A stretch of 64,000 bases of DNA from Sphagnum compactum (Eukaryota): positions 1,798,001 through 1,862,000 of the forward strand of contig OZ234493.1 in NCBI GenBank assembly GCA_965153455.1. The letters are read 5' to 3'. This document shows positions 1-10,800 of this stretch, piece by piece; position 1 is the first letter of the stretch; each line of letters starts with the position of its first letter. The notes beneath the pieces are model-generated. The model saw nothing but the letters and a program-made list of their open reading frames with translations. It made no database searches and was not told the DNA's origin. Position numbers and translations under genes: made by a program.

Positions 1-2394
1 ACAAATTTACGTGAAAAAAATTGAATAGTCCAATATAAGATAATTCATGTGCTAGTGGTGATTTTTCACATTCATACATAATTTGTATGAATATTTTGGT
101 TTAATGCCAAAAATGCAAAAAATCCTAGAAAATCCCAAAATGAGTTCTAATGTATAACCAAAAATGTTTTTTGGTAAGATTATTTCCTGCACATGTGATT
201 TTCATCTAAAGCTAAACATTTTGAATCCATTAAACATAATTGTTTCATCAAATGGTTTGAAAAATGTGTCCTTTGCCTTACAACTCTTTCTTTCAAAATT
301 TTAAAATTTTGAAATTTTTGTTTAATTTGGTTTTTCATCAAGTTCATCTAATGAACATGTACTTTCATAAAAAAGGGCATGTTTTTGTTGTTAAAAAATT
401 TGAAATCAAATATATGATTTTATGCATTCCTTTTTATTCCTTTTTTAAAAATGTACTTCAGACATTTGATTACTTTAGTTTACAAAACTCAAAATGACAT
501 TTACATAATATCCAAATTATTTTAAAATATTTTTATTAATTAAAAAAACATCATTTTATCTAGTGGCATACAACAATCCATTACAATTATAGTATTGTAA
601 AATAAACAAAAATTCAAAGTTATCTTTTGCAATCTTTTTTTAATTAGACACTCCTTTTTGGTACCCCAATCATGAATGGATTCACACACATAACTATGCC
701 AAAACTTTTCAAGACTAAAATCTTAATTCTTTCACAATTCTATGCCATGGAATTTTGCATTCATCCAACAACTTGTTTTCATTAAGTGAAAGTGTTTCCA
801 AAAGTCATAAACATTCACTTATACCAACCAAAAAGAAATTGAACAAAACATTTCCTAAAGTCTACACATCACATGGCTCCCAATGTGATTCAACATGCAC
901 ATTAATGTGACAAAGATTTTTTTCACATGAATTATCATGTGAAAGTCATGCACATTAATTGAAGTTATGATCATATCATAATATTTTTATGAAATATAAC
1001 CATCAAGTAAATTACCAAACTTAACCCATGGGTAATTACATAAGTAATAATCTAATTACATTAAGTTACATGCCCTCATGAAATACATGGTCAAGATAGG
1101 GAGGAAACTAATCAATGATTGACAAACTTTGACCAAGACCATATTAAAGAAATGGGACCCAATCTTGCCTCGAAATCTCAAACCAAATTGGCACAATCTT
1201 TGGTTGAAAATCATAACGAAAAACAATGCATGATTCATCTAGTTCTTATGGCAAAAAAAACTCTTATAATCAACAAATGGAGAGCAAAGGCAAATCCAAG
1301 GATTGAGGTAAGTCGCTATCATGCAATCATAACACATCAAAAACCATTTTAAACATATTTTGAAAATGTGAAAAAATGTGAAAGGCATGGTCATGGGCAT
1401 TCACATTTTTGCATCGATTGAAATTTCCCTCAACACAGAAAGGCAATGGAAAGGCCTACACATGGAACATTGCGTATTTAACAAAAGGTTGTCGAAGAAA
1501 GTTGAATGTTGTTAGTCAACATGGACACTACTCTATGGGGTTACTATTTGGTTGGATTGTGAGGAATGACCTATGTTTCAACAATCGTTGATGGCTTGAC
1601 AAGAAATACAATAGATGTACCGTAACCTAGGGTCAACAAATAATTTTCTTTTTCAAAAAATGATTTTTTAAAACAAAATTGAAATTATAACCTTTGCCCT
1701 CATCTATTATAATAGTATATATGATACGAGGAATGAAATTATTTTAGAATGTAACCTATGATAATTATGATGATTTTCAACATGTCAACATTATTTTTAC
1801 AAATTTTCATTTCACTATTTTGTGGATTATTCAATGAGAAAACAGACCTTAAGGTAAGGTATTTGGGAAGGCCTAGTGGATTATGGTAGGCTAGAGTGGG
1901 CTAGGACCTTGAATGAGATTGCAAGGTCACCACTACTTAGCAAGCCTTCCTTAAGGAATTCAATGAGACTTGGTGCGCACATCATGCTATTTGTGCTAGA
2001 GATGGCCATAAAGTTCAGTGTGTCTCCTCCAAATGTGGTGACTTTGTGCAGTTTTTCCCCAAAAAACTCCTTTGTAGGAGGATACAAAGCCCCACTCCTT
2101 TTATTGTTACAAAGTGATGAAATTTGACCAAAAAAAACTTCTCTAGATGATGTCTCATTAAGAGAGTTACTTCAAGGGCATTTGATATGCTAATCTATTA
2201 TTTTTCAAGTGGGCTGTACCCATAGCATCTGGATTCCAAGGGGTGAGATAGCTTGCCCTGTATCACACCAATCCAACAAGATCATCATGTCTGGGGACAT
2301 TGGGGGATCAGGGGGAGAACATGCTACAATTAGCACCAATGTGGATGGATGGGACCATTTGATAATAGAGGTAAGTAAACCCTTTCCAACAGAG

Positions 2395-2725
2395 GTGATT
2401 GGTGTAGTTATGATGAATTTGGGAAGTGCCCAGTTGCCTTGGGGAATCACATGATGCCTCAGGCCATGAGGCCAACATTACTATGGATTGGTGATTGACA
2501 TAGGTATGATGAATTTGGGAAGATGGATGCCTTGTTTCTACTTTCTACCCTTTGTCACGAGTAATCAATCATGTGACGCCCAAGGCCATGAGGCCAACAT
2601 TACTTATCGATTGGTGATTGACATAGTTATAATGAATTTGGGAAGATGCCGCGCACGTTTATGCTTTCTACCCTTTGTCAAGGGTAATCATGTGACGCCT
2701 AAGGCCACTAGGCCAAAATTATGGA
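2395..2725. repeat. Three imperfect direct repeats of about 100-125 bp
   Basis: Blocks 'atgaatttgggaag', 'aaggccatgaggccaacattact' and 'attggtgattgacatag' recur two to three times in the same order. Confidence 0.8.
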
Positions 2726-3229
2726 TAAACTCATCAAGTGTTGTTTGAATTAGTTCCAAGTAAACTAAAAAATTGTCTAACATGCTTTTCCTATGTAGAT
2801 TATGTACACCTACCACACATATTTGATGTACACCTTTTATGAGTTTCTTTGCATGTTTCTTTTTTGTCATCCAACTTGTATATTTTATTTGACTGTGCCA
2901 TGTAGGGTAGAATAAGAGAAAGGGTTTTTCTTGTAGTGCACATCACAACATATGAATGTGCAAGGAAAAAATTGGTTGTGATGTATTGGAGGTAATTGAT
3001 GTAAATTTTTAATCCCAAAAAAAGTGGGGACGGTGTGAACCATGTTAGGTTTAAGCTATTAGGGATATAGATGCACTAACCATGTGTAGCCACTTATTTT
3101 GATGGGGTAAAATACTTTGTGCATCACCAAAATTGATGGTCTTTTAAACATTCCTATTGATTTGAAATTTGTTCCACCATTGAAAAACTCAATGTAAGGA
3201 AATCTTTAATAGACCCACCTAAACGGTGC

Positions 3230-4050
3230 ATAAAGGCTTAGGCTTTGAGGGCGTAGACCCTAAATCATAATCTGCAAAACGGAAACCTTATTTCCTATAT
3301 GTCAAGGTTGTAGGCCTCATTTTTTTCTATCTTACATCAAAGACCAATTTCTTGTACCCTAATCCCTAAACTTTATGACCAATGTCCAACTTACTTTTAC
3401 CCACAAACCTCACACCTGAAAAACCCCAACTTTAAATGTTCAACAATTTTGATTATAGATAAATGATGAAGTACAAGGTTTAGGTTGTAGCATATAAGGT
3501 TAAGGTTGAAAAGCATAAGGTCTAACAATTGAGTTGTAGAGGATTTTGATATATGACGTGGAGTTTAAGGTTTAATATTAATTGAGTTGTAGAGGATTTT
3601 GATATATGACATGGAGTTGAAGGTTTCATATTCACGGTAAAAAGATATATTTGATATAAGATATGGAGTTTTAAGGTTTAATATTGACGGTAAAAAGATA
3701 TATTTGATATAAGATATGGAGTTTAAGGTTTCAGATTTAAGGCATAAGAATTAGGTTTTGAATATAGCATGTAAGGGTTAAGGTCTATGTTATTGCATTC
3801 AAATTTGGGGACAAGAAATAAATTTATAGACTTTTAGGGCACATGGCTTAGTGAATAGGATTTAGGCTTGTGCATTCAAGTTATACAATACAGGGTTAAG
3901 GGTTTGGGACTAGATATAAGATGTACATAATACATGGGTTTAGGGTTTAAGATTTTCAGTTGTGCCGCAGAAAACTTTGGATACAAGGCAACAGGTACAC
4001 GGGTAGGGATTTAGGCATATGATATAAGGGACAAGGTTAAGGTCCCACCT
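3230..4050. repeat. Degenerate TTTAGGG/CCCTAAA-like low-complexity region with internal ~50-bp tandem duplications
   Basis: Many gggtttaggg/aggtttaagg variants and ccctaaa near 3258-3370. Duplicated units: 'attgagttgtagaggattttgatatatgac' (3528, 3581) and 'acggtaaaaagatatatttgatataagatatggag' (3634, 3687). Confidence 0.6.
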
Positions 4051-4269
4051 GGATTAATCCTGAGAAAACTTAAGCTTTTCTGTTGGAAAACTGTCCAGTA
4101 ATGGAAGGCAAGGTTGGAATCAAGAAATTGAGAATTGAGAAATCTCCATACTCACCATCAGTAAAGCCGGAACAGTTTACAAGCTTTTCCATGAAGTGAA
4201 AGAAAAAGTTCCAGATATAAGGAATTATAGAAGCAGGAAAAAGAGACAACACAAAAGGGTTGAACTAAA

Positions 4270-4990
4270 CTGAAGAAACAAAAACTAGTATGAAAAAAAG
4301 TGAGAGTTTCTCACTTGTTCAGGGACCTTCACTGTGTACGATAGCAATTTGTATGTCACAACTCCCCCCTGATTTCATCAGCTGCCTACAGTAAGTATAG
4401 GTGGATGCATCCACTAACCTGTGAACTGCATTTTAGTTGCAAGTCCAGAAGCAACAAGAAGACTCAGCCATGACATTGGCGAGCAACCAACAACAGACAA
4501 TGGGAAAACATAGAGAAAAGTTGCGGGGAAAAAACAAAATAGCACACAATAAGAAGAAAAAACCATAGAATAACAGACAAAAAGGGGAAAGTCAAAGAGA
4601 ACCAAGTGAGCACAAAACAGCACCCCACGTGAATTTTGCCATCACACAAACGTGGCATCTGCAGCCAAAGCAATAGATATTGATGAAATTGCAGAAAAAC
4701 CCTCCACAACAACAATTTGAAGGTAGGACAACAGTGATTGCAGCCATAACCTTATGAGATTCACTCACAAAGTGTCTAAACATCATCACTTTGATCACAA
4801 ATAGCAATGATGTACTGCCCTAACCACCCGATGACTTCATCAGCTCCTTACAGAGTGTGTAGATACATACACATCAACCCAGAATCTTGTCAAACCAGAT
4901 TTCAAAATCTGTGCCTTGATTTTCTGTCACATTTCAGAAGCCACAAGAAGACTCAGGTATGATGTTGGCTAGCACTAAGAGACATAGCTA
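4270..4990 (-). mobile_element. Two tandem copies of a Penelope-like element terminal (pLTR-like) segment, no ORF
   Basis: The reverse complements of 4285-4500 and 4800-4980 share 'gct(a/c)gcca...ctgagtcttc...gcttc' and 'ctgta(g/a)g(c/g)agctgatgaa(a/g)tc' with the sequence 3' of the Penelope-like ORF at 8810-9020. Confidence 0.6.
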
Positions 4991-5139
4991 AAGGAAAGAA
5001 GTCAATAGTATCCTCTTTCAAGCTGCAACATGCTTGAAACAAGAGCAGACATAGGAATTCATGCAGTTGGACAAGCCTCACATCATACAGGAATGTTGAA
5101 ACATACCCAACTTTACTAATCCATGCTGAAGTTCCTTTT

Positions 5140-6130
5140 TACCTTGGTTCAATCCACAAGGTAACAGGAATATATGAACAAATGACTAAATGAGGGTGAA
5201 TTCTTCTAGAAAAGAGTGAATGTTTAGAGGATGAGTCTACAACTACTTCACTTGAGTAGGTGTAGTGAGGTTGAAGACCAAACCCTCTGTGTTGATATAG
5301 CACCATTTTACCCTCTCAATTCTTCCCTGGATACAATGACTTCAGCAAACAGGGGGCTATGGAGTGCTTTCATATAATTTAGTAGAGAAACCAACAACCC
5401 AGCACAACATTTGAACATCACACTCCCTATCTTGCATCGAACTTCCAACTGTTCATCCTGAGAACAGATCATGATTGGTTACAGACTAGCGAAAATGCTC
5501 ACTAGAGCTTCCAATTGATACAGATGTACCTAGCAAGCACTGAACAGTTCAACTCAAAACACAACAGACACAAGGCATTACTCCAACTCCATCTTAACAT
5601 AACCGTAAATCTCCTTTGCCAGTTCAAAGAAAAGCTCTTTCGCTGCTCAAATTTCTCATAATTCAATTGGGTCAGCAACTAAAGCAGAAATATCTTGCTG
5701 TCTATGACCAACTCCATGAATCCGTGAAACAAACTTGGAGTTTCTTCTGCAATCTCCTATGATATATTCTGTAAGAAGTCACATTATGTTGCCAAAAAAA
5801 TGAGGCAGGTAAGACAACAGTCCAAGTGAGGAAGATGAATGACACAACTACAAATCTGTTGCCAGAGATTCGAGACTTCGAAGAAATTGTGAAGGAAAAG
5901 AGGCTGCTCTCACACTTACAGTTTTGTGTTGACAACCATCCAGAAATGTCTGGTTGGTGCACAACCCGTCCATGAGCTTAGGCTTCATCAGATACCACAA
6001 GCACAACCAAACACCAAATCTCGAGGGGACCTGAAGTGAGCAGAAAACTTTGAAGACATTTTGATGATTGTAAACATCAGGAAATCAGATTCTGTTTTTT
6101 TCGTTTCCATCATCTCACATTGCTCATCAT
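5140..6130 (-). pseudogene. Possible decayed protein-coding gene of unknown family, divergent from APX
   Basis: Protein-like frame interrupted by in-frame stops (QQDISALVADPIEL*EI*AAKELFFELAKEIYGYVKMELE*...QDEQLEVRCKIGSVMFKCC), with splice-like ends (ccaag|gtaa near 5142). No family recognised. Confidence 0.3.
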
Positions 6131-6354
6131 ATGAATTCAGTTGTCTATTAGGACAAGAAGAATAGGCAACGAGAAGAATTAACGTCACAACCCCCCGGCT
6201 CTCATGGCAATCAAAAGCGGAAGCACCCAAAACCTCCAGGAGAAGAGATCAAAGAGCTGATAAGGCAAGAAACTTGAGTCTACAATCAGTACCTTCTTCA
6301 TCCTGAAATGATCCTCATCACCAAAAACTGCAACACCTTTTGTGCTTTTCTGTA

Positions 6355-6560
6355 CAAACATCTTTCCAGCTCCATGAAGCCATTGTTCAAGATCCAAGAA
6401 GCAGCATCTTTCAAGCTTAATGAAGCAATTGCTCAAGATCCATGAAGCAAATTGCTCAAGATATATGAAGCAGCATCTTTCAAGCTCCATGAAGCAATGT
6501 TCAAGAGTCATGTATCAGCATCTTTCTAGCTACATGAAGAAATTGTTTAAGATCCATAAA
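6355..6560. repeat. Degenerate ~21-23-bp tandem repeat
   Basis: About 9 alternating units of 'catgaagca(g/a)...tcaag(a/c)t'. Confidence 0.7.
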
Positions 6561-7368
6561 CTGAAGTCCTAGCTCTCAAAAAAGAATGGCCTTACGTTGC
6601 AGCACAAGGCTCTCTTTTCACAAGAAAAGCTCGTCAAAGACAGCAACGACACCCAAGAGGGCTGTCAAAAAACACTTCAGAAGAAAAGAAAAAAGTTGCC
6701 AATCTTTTGCAAGGGAATGCGAGGCGATGGGTGCACAACAGAGCACCACCTCTTGCACCTTGGAATGAATGTTGGTCACTACTGCTGTCATCAAGACTAT
6801 TGTTGACAGGCGAGAAATTTTGCTTATCGATTCCACACCAAAGTGCATGAGAGAGGGATGAGAGAGGCTCCAAATAGTTCTTCTCCGCTTGCTGATTGCG
6901 GCGGCGCCATTATCATCTTCTAGGGTTTCCAGAAGAATCGATGCAACTTTTTGCCCCGTTTAGTACAGTGAACGGGTTCACGGCCGGGTTCAGAATCAAG
7001 TCAATAATACACTTTTCGTGACCTAAGCTTGATAAGTGGGAGACAAAGGAGAGATACAACAGAGACACGATAGAGAAAGAGAGAGAGAAGAGAACTTGTT
7101 GGAGTTGCTGATCAAGAGAAAGGAGCGTGAGGCGTAGACTCCTTGAAGCAAAGTGAGGCTTTTGGCAAGCTTGCCTTGTACACAGCCTTTTCGGTGTCTT
7201 TGTGTGTGTATGTGTGTGTGTGTTTTGCAACAAAAGTTTGATCATGGTTCAAGACTTTTGGTTGCAATCTCAACTCTGTGTGTTATCGTTTTCTTTTTGG
7301 TTTCTTCCAGTTCTTTTGCTGATGATTCGGTTTTGGATTGTCGTGGGTTGCAACTCTCAAGAGGCATG

Positions 7369-7416
7369 GTGTGTGTGTGTGTGTGTGTGTGTCTCTCTCT
7401 CTCTCTCTCTCTCTCT
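7369..7416. repeat. Compound (GT)n(CT)n microsatellite upstream of the APX start (likely 5' UTR intron)
   Basis: Directly visible in the sequence. Confidence 0.95.
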
Positions 7417-7874
7417 TTTGCTAGCTTGTCTACTTCTGCGTTGGGTTGTTTGCTGTAGTTCTGAATCCGTCCATAGTCTAGCACAGTCACAAACTCTGCC
7501 AGCTGGATATGATGCTGGGAGCCTGTGGTGCTCTCCAGCAATCAAGCTTCATATGTGGTGGCGAGAGTTTTCTGACTGCGATCGCCGGATCTAGAGTTGG
7601 AAGGCGTTGCCTTCTGTGTTGTAACTTCGGTCTGGTTGTCCAGCCTCCTTAAAAGCGTTATTTGTAGAAGCTTGCTTTATTCTAGTACCATTGAAACTGT
7701 GTAAAAGGCAGATCAGAGATTATTCTACCCATTTTTCTTCCCTGGCCAAGATGCGAAGGTGCGACTGGATGCTTCTGTCACGTGCAGCATGGGTGATGGG
7801 TGTTGCCAGAAGCATATGGGTTGCACTATATTGCAAATGTAGTGTCTAAAGTGCTCATTTGTCTCTCTTGCAGA

Positions 7875-10800
7875 ATGGCTAAGAATTACCCAACAGTGAG
7901 TGCTGAGTATACCACTGCTGTGGAGAAGGCTCGTCGCAAACTGCGAGGTTTGATTGCTGGTATGTTGATCATCCCACTGTTGATGACTCCGGTATGTTAT
8001 CTTGTGCTAGAATTCACAGAGATCCTTACTGGTGGTGATGAGTGAAGCTTGCAAAGTCTCTATGACCTTATAACAACCTAATCATATGATGGTAGGATTA
8101 CCTTACGGAAGTGTATGTTCCATCTAATACGTAGATCTCAGGACCATAAGTTGGTAGTGTGTTTTTAGCAGAATGAAGTTTTGCTGCTTAAGGGATTGTC
8201 AAAATTTTGTTGCGATTTTGAGAAAACTCTGAGTGAGAGTCATTTCCCCTTTGCAAACTTTTGCTTGTTCTCCACTTTTGCTTGCATATACCCAAAAACC
8301 TCTTGCGAGTTGAATTGTACATCTAAAGGCTTCTCTTGTAATTTCTTGGATCTAACTGTGAGCCAGAGTCCTCAAGGTTTATCCTGTGACATTTTTGACA
8401 AACGCTCTCAACCAGAGTATGCAGGTATTGAAATGATTAGAATGCCACACGTTCATTCTAATATCTCAATGACTGCGAAGCTCGGGGTTATCAATAGTCA
8501 ATTTTACAGGTTCTTGAGACTTTGTAGTTGCAAAAAGTTTTTTGTCTTCCAGATGGTCAGTCTTATCGTCTTTCTGAAGGCAAAAGGCTACCCTTTTAAA
8601 GTTCTTCTAAAGAGAACTAGAGGGTTGGTTCTTAAAGAAAAATTCCTCTTTGGAATTTCAGCTTTTGGCATTTTCAGAATGATTTTGCTTCGGGTCATGT
8701 AAGTGGGGAGCTTTCTGTAAGCCCACTTGTTCTTTGTCTTTCCCTGTCCTTTCCCTTTCTGTCTTTCTTTGTTTCTTTGTCTGGTCTTTGTTGTGGTTTT
8801 GTTGTGGTGTCTGTTGCTAGCCAGTAGTATGGCTGAGTCTTCCCGTTGCTTCCAGAATTGCAGCAGAAACTCAGTTCGCAGGTTGGTGCTTGTCACTGGC
8901 CTTTACCCACTGTAGGGAGCTGATGAAGTCAGTGGGGAAGTTGTGATAGTTAAGTCACTATCATACATACTACTGTTGATGGTCCCTGAACAGGTGTGAG
9001 ACTGGCACTTTTGTTCATACCGGTGTGTGTTTTTTGTTTTTAGTTTTGTTTCTTGTCTTCCCTTGTTTGGTTCTTTCTGTGGCTTCCTGAGGAAGTGTTA
9101 GCCTTGCTGTTTCTTCTTCATTGTGAGAACGGATATTTCTCTATTCTCATGAAAGATATTGTTCTCCACCTTTGTCATTGAAATGAACTCATAAGTTAGA
9201 GCCTACCTTAATCATTTGTGTTTAGAAGTTTTCTGATTGATTGTGTGCTGATTGGTGGTGTTGCTAAACATCATCACTGTGAACTGCAGGTAACCCAACT
9301 CCCTAAGGATCTTAATGCTTCATGTAGATGGGAAATGCAAATTTTGTGACCATTAAGGAGCCTTGTCACGAGCTACTTCGATGTTGGTCTGATTTTTATT
9401 TTTGGTTCCATTGTTCTTGTGATGTGCAGAAAAGAATTGTGCTCCTATCATTGTGCGTCTTGCGTAAGTTACTTTCTGATCTTGTCACTCTGTACCATTT
9501 CAATTCTAGTGGGTTTAGGTGATGAAGTTCACTTCTTGGTTTGAACTTGTGTGTCCTAAAGTCCTTGATGCTAAGAATTTTAATTGTTTCTACAGTTATT
9601 GTTGAACATTCTAATGCTTATAGTTGCAGCATGTCAGCTTCAGGATTTGGAGGGTTCCATTGTTGTCCTTCCTTGGGTATCTGAGTACCTCTACTTGCCT
9701 CCTTAGAATATGCCAATGAGTGGTAGGATACCACTGTTGCTCTTGGGAACAGGTGGCATGGTGCTGGTACCTATGACTGCAAGTCCAAGACTGGAGGACC
9801 TTTTGGAACTATAAGGAATGCAGAGGAGCTTGCCCATGGGGCCAATGCTGGCCTTGACATTGCCGTGAAGCTTCTTCAGCCCATCAAGGACCAATTTCCA
9901 ATCATCACATATGCTGATTTTTACCAGGTGCCCTTCTCCTCAAATACAGTCAAATGTTCTCTTCAAAGTCCAGTTCTACTTGCTGGTTTGTATGTGAAGC
10001 CATCTGGCTGTGGAGATTTCTCTGCAATGTTAGAGATATGTTTGCCTGGACTCTGAGCAAATTCTTATGTACTCATCAACACCAACCATTGTCTGATGAA
10101 GTCTGTGAGAAGTAATGGTGACCAGTAACTGACAATCATGATGAAGGTGATAGTCAGCTTTGTGAGGGACACCCACAAGGTTATGACCACAACTGTTTTT
10201 GACATGTTCATTTGGGTGTCACTGGAACTGAGCTTTAGAAAGTGTTATTATGGCATTTTCTCTGCATTCTCTTATGTATGGTCAGACTTAGGTTTCAGAC
10301 ACGAGTTTCCTGATGGTCATGATCCACAATCAATTGCTAGTCTTTGCAAGGCAAATTCCGCATACAGTTTAGAGTTTTGAAGGTGTAGGAGTTACTCAGT
10401 GTGGTCTATGCTTTTGTCTTTCAGCTTGCAGGTGTTGTTGCAGTTGAGATCACTGGTGGGCCTACTATCCCCTTCCACCCAGGAAGAGAGGTATTGATTT
10501 TGACCTTTGCTATGCCTGGAATTCATTGACACTATTGTAGGTATTCCAGTGCTCCTATCTCAGAACTTAACTTGCAGATATGAATGTGGTGGATGTAGAC
10601 CCTGGTTTCTCTTTTTCTAGCTTCTTGTAGAGTTTTTTTGCTTCAAACTGCCTGTTTCTGAAGCCTGAAATTGTCTCTTCCACCCTTGAGTTAAAAAACA
10701 ATTTCGGAGGTTAAATACACCTATGTTCTGAAATCTGTGAAAGACAGCCTTGTGATTTCTCGTTGTTGGCTGTTGATCACTTGTTGTATGCTGGCTCAAC

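Noticed and set aside
1860-2450. Possible coding remnant in a GC-richer patch
   Set aside because: Short ORFs on both strands with no recognisable motif; probably old TE sequence but not supportable.
4310-4385. SECIS element (AUGA...GA), as reported for some Naiad PLEs
   Set aside because: The helix next to the quartet does not pair properly, and land plants lack selenocysteine machinery.
4812-4832. Pistol-ribozyme-like word GUGGUUAGGGC on the minus strand
   Set aside because: The pairing partners for P1 and the pseudoknot are absent, and the word is not conserved in the other copies.
6913-7594. ORFs with CVCVCV, THTHTH and ERERER runs
   Set aside because: Microsatellite translations in the APX upstream/5' UTR region.
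8920-8990. Box C/D snoRNA (TGATGA...CTGA) in the APX intron
   Set aside because: The putative guide regions are not conserved between copies, there is no clean terminal stem, and the motif is part of a dispersed retroelement terminus.
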